This document shows, in pieces, positions 12,520 through 20,671 of a stretch of DNA of 24,178 nucleotides. Under the pieces are notes generated by a model. It searched no databases. It was not told the origin of the DNA and worked only from the letters and a program-made list of their open reading frames with translations. The DNA is from an uncultured virus (IMG/VR IMGVR_UViG_3300031994_000060) (Duplodnaviria; Heunggongvirae; Uroviricota; Caudoviricetes): the IMG/VR virus record IMGVR_UViG_3300031994_000060, one strand, 5' to 3'. Both the position numbers and the translations under genes were made by a program. Each line of letters opens with the position of its first letter. Within the stretch, counting starts at the first letter, position 1.

Positions 12520-12927
12520 AAAAAAAATTTCGGCAGAGGAAAACCTAGGTTTTCCTCTGCACTCTTTTCCTCTAAATGTTTTTTGTTGTCTTGTGTCTGA
12601 TTGTCAAAAAGGTTTTGTGTTGTCTCTCATCAAAGGTTACATAGGTATGTGTTTATTCGGACGGCTACCAGATGCACGACAGTCGTCGGCATCTGACAGC
12701 CGTCGGCTAAGGTAGTGTTGTCTCTGATCCGCGGGCAAAAGGTGTGGCTGCTAGGGCAGCCACTTCGTGTCCATGCTCACTGTGTTCGCGACAGGCTTCC
12801 AGCCTGTCCGCAAAAATTTTATTCTAAAATTTTTGTAGGAATTTTTTTGTCTCTAATCTGTGGAAAAAAAATTACATAAACAAATTTCATTATGTCAATA
12901 TAACCAGGCGATTTCCGTGTCATTTTT
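12520..12927 (-). ncRNA. Candidate ~400-nt structured non-coding RNA
   Basis: Five GC-rich or perfect hairpins and no credible ORF. Lies between a minus-strand promoter (12934-12962) and a minus-strand hairpin plus U-tract (12560-12520). Tandem G-U pairs form only on the minus strand. Confidence 0.5.
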
Positions 12928-12933
12928 TCACCT

Positions 12934-12962
12934 ACTATATACACTTTCGTTCGCTGTGTCAA
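12934..12962 (-). promoter_or_regulatory. Near-consensus sigma70 promoter
   Basis: Minus strand TTGACA-cagcgaacgaaagtgta (17 nt)-TATAGT. Confidence 0.7.
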
Positions 12963-13555
12963 TGATTTTTTTGCTTCATTTTTCCAATTTTTTTGAGGTT
13001 TATTTCGGTATAAATATTTTTATCTGTACGATTTTTAACATAGTTCCCAGTTTCCATATGATAAGTAATATAATTTTTTTTATAGTGAAATAAAGGTTAG
13101 AGTATTGTACATATTAGAGTGTTTTTTTATTGGATTATCTAGTCCAATTTTGTCAAACTTTTTTTTGACAAAACATACCCATAAAAAATCGTGTTTCATA
13201 GAAACATACACAAATGTTTATTTCATTATAATTTTTTTTATATTACTTATTAGTTCTCATCTAACATATCATATAAAAATAATATATATAAATATATTTA
13301 TAATGAAATAAATAATAAAAAAATAAAAAATCAGATTAAATATTTCTATTGACAAATCATTTTTTTCTACCCCCAAAGTATAGAAAAAATTGTATTTCGA
13401 GCGACACCCGGAATTTGAAATCCCAGTTCAGAAGCCAACCTCATTTCCAACTGTGTAAAGATATTTTTTGACAACCAACTAACTACAGATTTGCTTATGT
13501 AATTTTTATAATTTGTAAATATAAATAAATTTATATTAACAATTTAATAATATGT

Positions 13556-13665
13556 CTAGCCAAAAAAAATCACAAGAAAGAATGGAAAAATTTTTGGCGG
13601 TACCCAACCACCAAAACTTTTTCTCATTCTTTCAATGTAATTTTTCTTGTCTAGTAGTGTTGTCT
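13556..13665. repeat. Long imperfect hairpin, copy 1 (copy 2 at 14672-14781)
   Basis: GAAAGAATGG...TTTTGGCGGT-accca-ACCACCAAAA...TCATTCTTTC, followed by GTGTTGTCT. Confidence 0.75.
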
Positions 13666-13699
13666 GTTTTGGTTGTCGGACCCATTCAGGGATCCGCCA

Positions 13700-14043
13700 A
13701 CCAACTGAGTTCGTTCCTACTCAGACTCTCCCCAGCGGTGTGACAACCCCCGTGGTTTTCACACTTTCCGGAGACGGCACCTCTAGTGCCTCAAATGGAA
13801 GGGCGCTCGCGCGCCCCACACCCCACTCAGGGAAACCCCCTCTCCTGTGGTTTCCCTGAACCCCCTTCCGGTGAGAAAGTCGGCGGGACAAGGAGTGTCT
13901 GCCAACACTTGACTCAGCAGACACATCGTTATTGATTTGGTTTTCTTTCCAAGAAAACCGCCCGCCTTGCCACAATCCGTAATGAAAGTAAAGAGAAGCA
14001 GGGGCCGTCCCTAAAGGGCACCCTCCCCTGTTCTCTTGACTTT
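13700..14043. ncRNA. Candidate GC-rich multi-hairpin structured RNA or ssDNA element
   Basis: At least seven consecutive stems in a GC-rich island flanked by very AT-rich DNA. ORFs across it have non-native composition. Confidence 0.45.
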
Positions 14044-14114
14044 CAAAACTATTTTGTGGCAATATTAAAAGTGTTATTTTTTAATAACATTTTTATTCTT
14101 TAAACATTATCACA

Positions 14115-14639
14115 ATGTTAAATCTAGAAAACATTTCAACAGAAAAATTCCCAGCTAAAAAGGAATTTCTTATCTGTAGTAATTGAAGCTTCACCATTTC
14201 TGAGAATGGTATTGTTAGGTTTACTTATGCTAAGAAGCCTAACAAAGAACTTATTCGTTCAGAGAATGCTAATCTTCACGAGCTTAACAAAGAGCTTAAA
14301 TGTGCTATTAAATCTAAAGCGGATATGTATGAGCTTAGAAGTATCAGAAGTAAGATAGCTTCTAAAGAAAAATTTATTGAAGTTATTTCTAGGGAAATGG
14401 TACCAGCACAATATGAATGCCGAGGATTAGATAACGAAGTAGCATTCAAAATGTTTCAAGAGCTTGCTAAGAAAGCTAAGAGTAATAATGTGCGAAGTGT
14501 AGCTTATGCTACAGGGCTTAGGTTTGAAGAAGAAGAATGTCCTAATGAAGACATTGAGTTCAACGACCCAGACGGAATGCTAATTACTTATCGGGAGTGG
14601 CATTACACAGGGAAGAAGAGTTTAAGAGAGGCCGAATAG
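14115..14639 (+). CDS. 174-aa hypothetical protein, paralog B of 11711-12283
   Basis: MLNLENISTEKFPAKKEFLICSN[TGA]SF...YAKKPNKELIRSENANLHELNKEL...; extends supplied ORF 14325-14639 upstream. Confidence 0.9.
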
Positions 14640-14655
14640 GCTTCTCTTTTTTTTT
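14624..14655 (+). terminator. Rho-independent terminator
   Basis: AAGAGAGGCC-gaata-GGCTTCTCTT followed by a T-run. Confidence 0.8.
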
Positions 14656-14671
14656 GTTATTAGCAATAGGT

Positions 14672-14781
14672 ATATCAAAATAAATTACAAAGAAGAATGG
14701 ATAAAATCTTGCGGGTCCCCAACCCACAAGATTTATATCTCATTCTTCTGATTGTAATTTTATTTTGTTATCGTGTTGTCT
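14672..14781. repeat. Long imperfect hairpin, copy 2
   Basis: GAAGAATGG...AATCTTGCGGGT-cccca-ACCCACAAGATT...TCATTCTTC, followed by GTGTTGTCT. Confidence 0.75.
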
Positions 14782-14928
14782 AGTAGCTATGTGGCTACTA
14801 CTTTGGATCCTACTATGGCTACTACTTTGACTAGCCGTGTGGCTAGCTGAGGATATATATGTATATATTATATAATGTAGGTAGAGGATTATTCACACCG
14901 AATGGTAGGTTCATAAAGGAGAGAAAGA

Positions 14929-15030
14929 AAAATGAAATGAAATGAAATGAAATATAAATGAAATAAAAAAAATGAAAATAAAAAATAAAATGAAATGAAA
15001 TAAAATAAAAATAAAATGAAAATAAAAAAT
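14929..15030. repeat. A-rich degenerate (AAATG/AAAAT)n microsatellite
   Basis: aaatgaaatgaaatgaaatgaaatataaatgaaataaaa..., about 100 nt with no C. Confidence 0.85.
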
Positions 15031-15054
15031 GTTTTATATTATATATGAATTATA

Positions 15055-15270
15055 ATGAAAGATTTTGTACAAGTAATTACACTATTGAATGCAATACATC
15101 TTCCAGAAGAAATGGATTGTGTATATTATATTGAAGATAATGAAGTGAAGGTTGAAACATTTGGTTGATATGAAATAGTATGTGAATGTAATGATAGTTG
15201 ATATGAATATCTGAATGAAAGATTAAATGAAAGATTAAGATTGTTTAAAGATACATATGAATTGAATTAA
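15055..15270 (+). CDS. 71-aa acidic hypothetical protein
   Basis: MKDFVQVITLLNAIHLPEEMDCVYYIEDNEVKVETFGGYEIV...; two TGA=Gly, TAA stop. Confidence 0.75.
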
Positions 15271-15296
15271 TGTTTTAGATTTTAATATATATTATT

Positions 15297-15533
15297 ATGT
15301 TGTATGAAGTATTATTAAATCCAATGAATAAGTTAGTCGCTGAAGTTATTACTGAAACATCTGATAACTTGAATGAAACTACACTTGAAACATTAAAGAT
15401 TTATAGAGTGTATTGACAATGAACATTGAAAGAGAAATCGATTTTATTATATGAAGCACAATGTGTTGACGACGAATTTGAAATTGAAGATATCAAATGA
15501 TTAGTTGATGCATTTGTTCCATTTGAAAAATAG
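15297..15533 (+). CDS. 78-aa hypothetical protein
   Basis: MLYEVLLNPMNKLVAEVITETSDN...; three TGA=Gly, TAG stop. Confidence 0.75.
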
Positions 15534-15558
15534 GTTTTTATTTTATAATATATATACT

Positions 15559-15867
15559 ATGTCTTACGAAAAAGAAAACAGCAACTACGAATTCCTACTT
15601 GAATGGAGTGACCCAGTTCCATTCACAGGTTATGGATTGGAGAATGGTGCAAGAAGAGGTACTTGGCAAAGAGGTTATACATTCTTCCTTGACGAGTATG
15701 ATACAAGAGAATGAGTTCATTGTATTGATTTGAGAGTAGTGCAACCGCATACTTGAAGTGATATATTGATTGATACATATGATACATATGAACAGCTTGA
15801 AGATAGTTTGTTCCTTATATTACAATTTTTATGAACTGTATCACCAGTGTTACACATAGAGGATTAA
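15559..15867 (+). CDS. 102-aa hypothetical protein
   Basis: MSYEKENSNYEFLLEWSDPVPFTGYG...REGVHCIDLRVVQPHTGSDILIDTY... Confidence 0.8.
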
Positions 15868-15886
15868 TTTCCTCTATGTAATTTTT
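15854..15886 (+). terminator. Stem-loop over the stop codon, probable terminator
   Basis: ACATAGAGGA-ttaatt-TCCTCTATGT then aattttt. Confidence 0.5.
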
Positions 15887-15905
15887 ATATAATAAAACAA
15901 CCACT

Positions 15906-16073
15906 ATGAAAGACTACGAAGCACTTGGTATGTATTGAATACTAGTAGGTATTTGTTGATTTATCTTCATTTGATTATGAGTATGGAAGTGATTTTTCAT
16001 ACCGCTTGGCATCACCACTTGGTGAGTGTCAATGTATATATTGTTTTATGTGATATCACATAAGGATTTTTAA
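15906..16073 (+). CDS. 55-aa two-TM membrane protein
   Basis: MKDYEALGMYGILVGICGFIFIGLGVWKGFFIPLGITTWGVSMYILFYVISHKDF (six TGA=Gly in hydrophobic helices). Confidence 0.75.
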
Positions 16074-16091
16074 TTACTAATTCAAACCGCA

Positions 16092-16466
16092 ATGATTAGA
16101 CTATGAACACCAGACGATTACTTACCATCTCACCAATTCGAATGGTGAGAACCTGAAGACCTTAGAGGTAATCAATGTAGCAAACCTAATAAAGGTATTG
16201 TTAATTGATATAGACAAGCTTTAGTCAACCCGGATACTAGGAATAGATTATTCCTTGAAGAATCTATATCATATGATAAATGATTTATGTGAAGCAGATT
16301 AAGATTACTTGTAATGGATTGAATGACTTGAAGAATTTCATCTATTGCACAAGTAATGTCTAGAGAAGAAGCTGAACATTTGATTGATGTAATCATAGCT
16401 TATGATAATTGAACTAATGATACAATAGTATATGACGAACATTGAAAAGCTATTGATATAGAATAA
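16092..16466 (+). CDS. 124-aa hypothetical protein
   Basis: MIRLGTPDDYLPSHQFEWGEPEDLRGNQCSKPNKG...; open with TGA=Gly. Confidence 0.8.
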
Positions 16467-16493
16467 TAATTTATATGGATTATTCATACCGAA

Positions 16494-16628
16494 ATGCAGA
16501 ACATAGAAGAATTACAGCAGACAGCAGACGAGCTTAAGGAAGCTAGAGATAATTCCGAAGACGAAGACGATTGGAATTATTATGATTATAAATTGCTTAA
16601 GGTGTTAAAAGCAATTGAAGATTTATAG
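16494..16628 (+). CDS. 44-aa acidic hypothetical protein
   Basis: MQNIEELQQTADELKEARDNSEDEDDWNYYDYKLLKVLKAIEDL; ATACCGAA-ATG start context. Confidence 0.7.
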   Translation: MQNIEELQQTADELKEARDNSEDEDDWNYYDYKLLKVLKAIEDL

Positions 16629-16655
16629 TTTTTTATATTTCTAAATAATATTAAT

Positions 16656-16847
16656 ATGATAAATTACAGAAGTTATTGGATAGTACAAAAAGGTACTAAC
16701 TCATTTTTAATCCTTGATCAGGATAAAATGCCAGTGGATATTCAAACTACATTATCGAAGAGTAAACATCTTATTGATGTGATACTTGATTCAACGGTAT
16801 CATCTACAACAATAGAAGATATCAATGAACTAGAAAATCTATGTTAA
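16656..16847 (+). CDS. 63-aa hypothetical protein
   Basis: Supplied ORF; fits operon spacing and has the shared upstream TTTTTATATTTCTAA motif. Confidence 0.75.
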   Translation: MINYRSYWIVQKGTNSFLILDQDKMPVDIQTTLSKSKHLIDVILDSTVSSTTIEDINELENLC

Positions 16848-16876
16848 GGTTTTTATATTTCTAATATAATATCACT

Positions 16877-17131
16877 ATGAAAACAATTACAGCATTGAAA
16901 CCTAAATTGGTTTCAGCCAAAGAGATTGCAGATCTCAAAACAAAATTCTGAAAATTAAAAACAACGGTGTCTACCTACACAACAAAGTATGGTACACTAT
17001 GTACATTGTATACTTTCTGGCAATGAAAGGAGAAGGCAGGACAGTTCCATGATTATTGATACTGAAAAGTATTCAAAGACTTTGTACATAAATTGTATTA
17101 TACAGACAATGAGAATTGGCTGGATAATTAA
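16877..17131 (+). CDS. 84-aa hypothetical protein
   Basis: MKTITALKPKLVSAKEIADLKTKFGKLKTTVSTYTTKYG... Confidence 0.75.
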
Positions 17132-17168
17132 TCCAGCCTTGTAATTTTATTTGTTTAATTCAAACCGA

Positions 17169-17516
17169 ATGATGGAACAATCAGAAAAAGATATCGCATC
17201 TGAGATTACAGATATACTTATGAAATGTTATCATGCGATCTGAGATAGTGATACAACTAATGAAGAGATTGATAATATTCATAATGAATTGAAGAAGGCA
17301 TGCAGACTTATCCATAATTGATTGTGAGAAGATGCCCAAATATATCTATCCGCACTTGCATCACCTGAGATTAAAGATAAGTGATCAGCATGGCCTGTGT
17401 TTGTTAACATGGTATTGCTTCAGTATATTATCTCAATGATCCATAATGAACTAGAAGACGATGATCAACCCGAAGAAGACAATTCACTCAAGAAACTTTT
17501 TACATTCAATGAATAA
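17169..17516 (+). CDS. 115-aa hypothetical protein
   Basis: MMEQSEKDIASEITDILMKCYHAIGDSD...; open with TGA=Gly. Confidence 0.78.
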
Positions 17517-17518
17517 CA

Positions 17519-17881
17519 ATGAACATCATAGATTTACCACAACCAGATCGAGAACATTTTAACAGTGATCAGGAATATTATTTGCAAGATGTCAAGTCGT
17601 GATTAAAGGCATGGTATTATTATACAGTTATGGACTACCTAAAATGATACACACCACTTGATCTTGATAAAGAAACTTATCTTGCAAATATAGAAAAGTT
17701 TTATAATATATATGTACAACATTGTATAGACCATAACATCGTTGCAATGCCAAGGAGGGAAGCTTTCGAATGAAAGGAGATCCAAGAGATCCTTGAGAGA
17801 TGGAATGATGTATATGCATATACAGAGTTTGATCCTGATATTAAAGTTAAAATCAAAGACCTGGAAAGTAACGATGCCTAA
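17519..17881 (+). CDS. 120-aa hypothetical protein
   Basis: MNIIDLPQPD[CGA]EHFNSDQEYYLQDVKSGLKAWYYY...; starts 2 nt after the previous stop. Confidence 0.78.
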
Positions 17882-18017
17882 TCAAAAAGAAGTTACTTCC
17901 CAGCACTGGAGCTGATGACTACCGTGCTGGTGTATGGATGGACAAAGCCTAAAGCTTTGAACATTCCATTTGTATAAGCGGACATGATGCAGTTTTAATT
18001 CTTAATCAATAAAGACC

Positions 18018-18062
18018 ATGGCTTGTTGAAGAAAGAAGAAAAGCTGAGGAAAGAGAAAGTAG
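18018..18062 (+). CDS. 14-aa basic microprotein MACGRKKKSGGKRK
   Basis: Has the same T-rich then ACC-ATG start context as neighbouring genes, and sits in the main unpaired stretch of the structured region. Confidence 0.5.
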
Positions 18063-18377
18063 GATTACTTTCCCTTTCGATGGATAGAGTAACTCTAAAG
18101 GTTATGATATCCAGATTTGTTTTTCATTGTGGTAAAAGGTAAAAGAGTAAATCTTGAGAATGTCGTAACCGTGAGGCCGACAAGGGTTTCTGTATCCTTC
18201 ATGGTTCTCAAGATTTATGTCTGAGAGATCCCTAAAGGGTTGATCAGGCAAGGTAGTAAGTTGTAAAAATCCTTGACCTAGATAAGTCTTTTGGTTGTTT
18301 GGCTTATCTAGGGTATGGTTGTCTGTCCCTAAAGGATAAGATAATCTATCATTATTATTTTGCAGAAACTAACAATT

Positions 18378-18417
18378 AGCCAGACGGTATGTCCCACTCA
18401 TACCGCTTGGCTTTTTG
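18378..18417 (+). terminator. Terminator-like hairpin
   Basis: AGCCAGaCGGTATG-tcccact-CATACCGcTTGGCT then TTTT. Confidence 0.6.
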
Positions 18418-18445
18418 TAATCTTTTATTCTTAATTGAACCGACA

Positions 18446-18799
18446 ATGTATACAATCAAAGCACCTAATGGAGACAAACTAACAGTTGAATTAAAGTATT
18501 GATCTTATGCAGATAATCATAATCTGTATATAGGATTAGTAGTTGATAAAGATTATGAAGATCATGAAGTGTTTAAATGAGAACCTTGGTGTGATCTCAC
18601 AGTTAATATAGGTAGTTTATTACCTAATGAAATAGCATTAGATGTAAATAATTTTCCTGATGCATTAGAGTTTGTAAAAGAAAATAATATAGCAAACTTA
18701 ATAAGATATACTACATCAGGATTTGTAAAGTATCCTATTGTAAGATTTACAGATGAATTCTTTAGAGAGAATTCATTACATATATTAGCACAGTGTTAA
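18446..18799 (+). CDS. DUF4313-like protein (117 aa)
   Basis: YADNHNLYIGL...GEPWCDLTVNI...IALDVNNFPDALEFVKENNIA...SGFVKYPIVRF matches the DUF4313 pattern as I remember it; needs HMM confirmation. Confidence 0.75.
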
Positions 18800-18871
18800 T
18801 AAAACATAGTCGTTGTAGATAGTGGTAACGACGATGTCTTATTATATCTTTTATAATCTTATACCGAACAC

Positions 18872-19207
18872 ATGTACACAAAAATTAAGAACATTGCTAT
18901 TGTAATTTTATTAGTAATCATTGCTTGATTATTAGTAGTTGCATGCACAAGAAAAGCTTGAGCTGTTGATCCTCAAGATGAACAAGCTAAAGCATTAATG
19001 GATGAAATAGATTACTATAAATATTTGCTTGAGTATGAGAAACAAGCTTGAGAAGATTTCAGAACAAAAGAAGTTGAATGCTGAAAAGCATTGAAAGAAC
19101 TTCATAGTAAATGAGTTTATGCTAGAGCTGAACAAGAGATAGCTAAACAAAAGATTAATGAGTTATCAGGATTGTCGGGTTTTATTCAGCAGAGCCAACT
19201 GCAGTAA
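18872..19207 (+). CDS. 111-aa membrane-anchored protein or lipoprotein with coiled coil
   Basis: MYTKIKNIAIVILLVIIAGLLVVAC: basic N-terminus, hydrophobic helix, lipobox-like VVAC. GGGTTTT lies near the 3' end. Confidence 0.8.
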
Positions 19208-19686
19208 CAAACCCAGAGCCTGAACAAACCGAAGTGTCTGAGGAAACCAAAGAGCAAATAACAAAAGTGCTTGAAACATTTGATCCTACACCAGTGACAA
19301 CAGAAGAACATAACTGAGTGAAGATCATACATGAATGATTTTCAAAAGACAGTGAAGTTCAGGCGATGGTTCAATATGCTTATGATGTATGATGAATGGA
19401 GCTGGTTAAATTAATTGAATGTGAGAACTGAAATTGGAACCCAATGCTTCAATCATCAGTAGTTAAGAATTGAGTAAGAGAACCATCATATGGATTATGT
19501 CAGATTCATAAGAAATATTATCCACATATCATTAATGATCCGAACTTCTGGAGTGATTGGAAAGTTCAGATAGATTATTGTAAACAGTTAATGGATAATG
19601 GAACTAGCTTCTATGGACCGACAAGAAAGATTAAATGACAGTATTGTTATAATTATGTTGAAAGTCGTTTTACTTTTGTAGAATAA
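19177..19686 (+). CDS. Lysozyme-like/lytic transglycosylase domain with P/T/E-rich linker, probably expressed as a -1 frameshift fusion to 18872
   Basis: LIECENGNWNPMLQS...REPSYGLCQIH resembles the SLT catalytic Glu and GLMQ motifs. The frame opens at 19159 and has no ATG until about 19366. Confidence 0.72.
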
Positions 19687-19692
19687 ATAACT

Positions 19693-19947
19693 ATGTTAAT
19701 TCAATGTTATAAACTACCGCAAGTTGAATACAAATATGTTTCATCATTAGATGAAAATGATTATGTAATTATAATTAAAAGACTTATTGATTGATCTTGA
19801 TCTAAAGTAAAGTGTGATTACTACGATACTGAATGAGCAGGATTAGAAGTATTGTCTTTAGGTAATTGAGAACATAGAGAAATTATTCAAGCTAATGATA
19901 TAGAAGATTGTCCAACACTTAAATGATTTTATATCGTAAGAGAATAG
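19693..19947 (+). CDS. 84-aa hypothetical protein
   Basis: MLIQCYKLPQVEYKYVSSLDENDYVIIIKRLIDGSGSKV... Confidence 0.75.
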
Positions 19948-19949
19948 AT

Positions 19950-20168
19950 ATGGATCTACCAATGACAGTTAGAGAATTAAACCGTTTTATCCAAATCCAA
20001 ATGGAGAAATGAAATGGTGATAAACATGTCTTTATATCATCAGACGATGAGTGAAATGATGTACATTGATTGTATTATCAGTTCAGTAAATTTGATGAAG
20101 ATGATTGGTATAAAGAAACAGTAGAGGATGCAGGTTGCACCCTTGATAATAGTATCTTATTATGATAA
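19950..20168 (+). CDS. 72-aa hypothetical protein (MTVRELN..., SSDDEGN motif)
   Basis: MDLPMTVRELNRFIQIQMEKGNGDKHVFISSDDEGNDVHGLYYQF... Confidence 0.78.
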
Positions 20169-20199
20169 GATAGTTTTTTATTTTTTATTCTAAACCAGA

Positions 20200-20661
20200 A
20201 TGAAACTAAACCAGAAAGAAATCAACATGTTAGCACAAACATTAGTTGATGACATTTATGATCAAAACAAATTCAGAGAACTTGCAGAAGCTGAAGGAAG
20301 GAAAGCTTATGAAAAGTTCTTGAAAAGAAAAGAAGTCAAGGAGATGATTACTTTTCTAAAGAAACATGAAGAGGTTAATTACCTTGAACTTGATAGTAAG
20401 TTCCTATGAAAAGATTGGAGCTGTAATAGCTGTTGAGATTTTTATTTTGGTTATGCATCAAACAATCTTAGGTTTTGATTGGATAATAACAATGGTGTCT
20501 TAACAGGTTTCATGAACTGAGCATCAAAGAAGTTCCCTAGTAGACACGAAATAGAAAGAAAAGTAAGAACCGAATTAACATATAGAATGTTATGAGGTGA
20601 GGAACTTAAAGATGTAATTGATTGATTAAAGAATTCTATCAAGAAAGAATTTAAATTGTAA
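20200..20661 (+). CDS. 153-aa hypothetical protein
   Basis: Supplied ORF 20200-20409 reads through TGA (FLGKDWSCNSCGDF...) to TAA at 20661. Confidence 0.82.
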
Positions 20662-20671
20662 TTAGATTACA

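Larger units (their letters stand above)
17900..18417 (+). ncRNA. Candidate ~520-nt structured RNA with four CUAAA-loop hairpins
   Basis: About ten consecutive stems with many plus-strand G-U pairs, in an otherwise gene-dense operon; ends in a terminator-like hairpin with T-run. Confidence 0.55.

Noticed and set aside
12860..14062. ORFs 12860, 13105, 13552, 13647 and 13721
   Set aside because: Low-complexity AT-rich or hairpin-derived translations, better explained as non-coding structure.
10740..15050. tRNA genes or a CRISPR array in the non-coding centre
   Set aside because: No cloverleaf with a T-loop GTTCRA and no regularly spaced identical repeats were found by eye.
17900..17930. CTGATGA as a hammerhead ribozyme core
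   Set aside because: No stem II followed by GAAA in the required arrangement.
17874..18005. 43-aa ORF MPNQKEVTSQHWSGGLPCWC...
   Set aside because: It overlaps two strong hairpins and has atypical composition; not excluded but unsupported.
15997..18411. 14-nt match TCATACCGCTTGGC between a CDS and the 18378 hairpin
   Set aside because: About one such match is expected by chance in 24 kb, and there is no other support.
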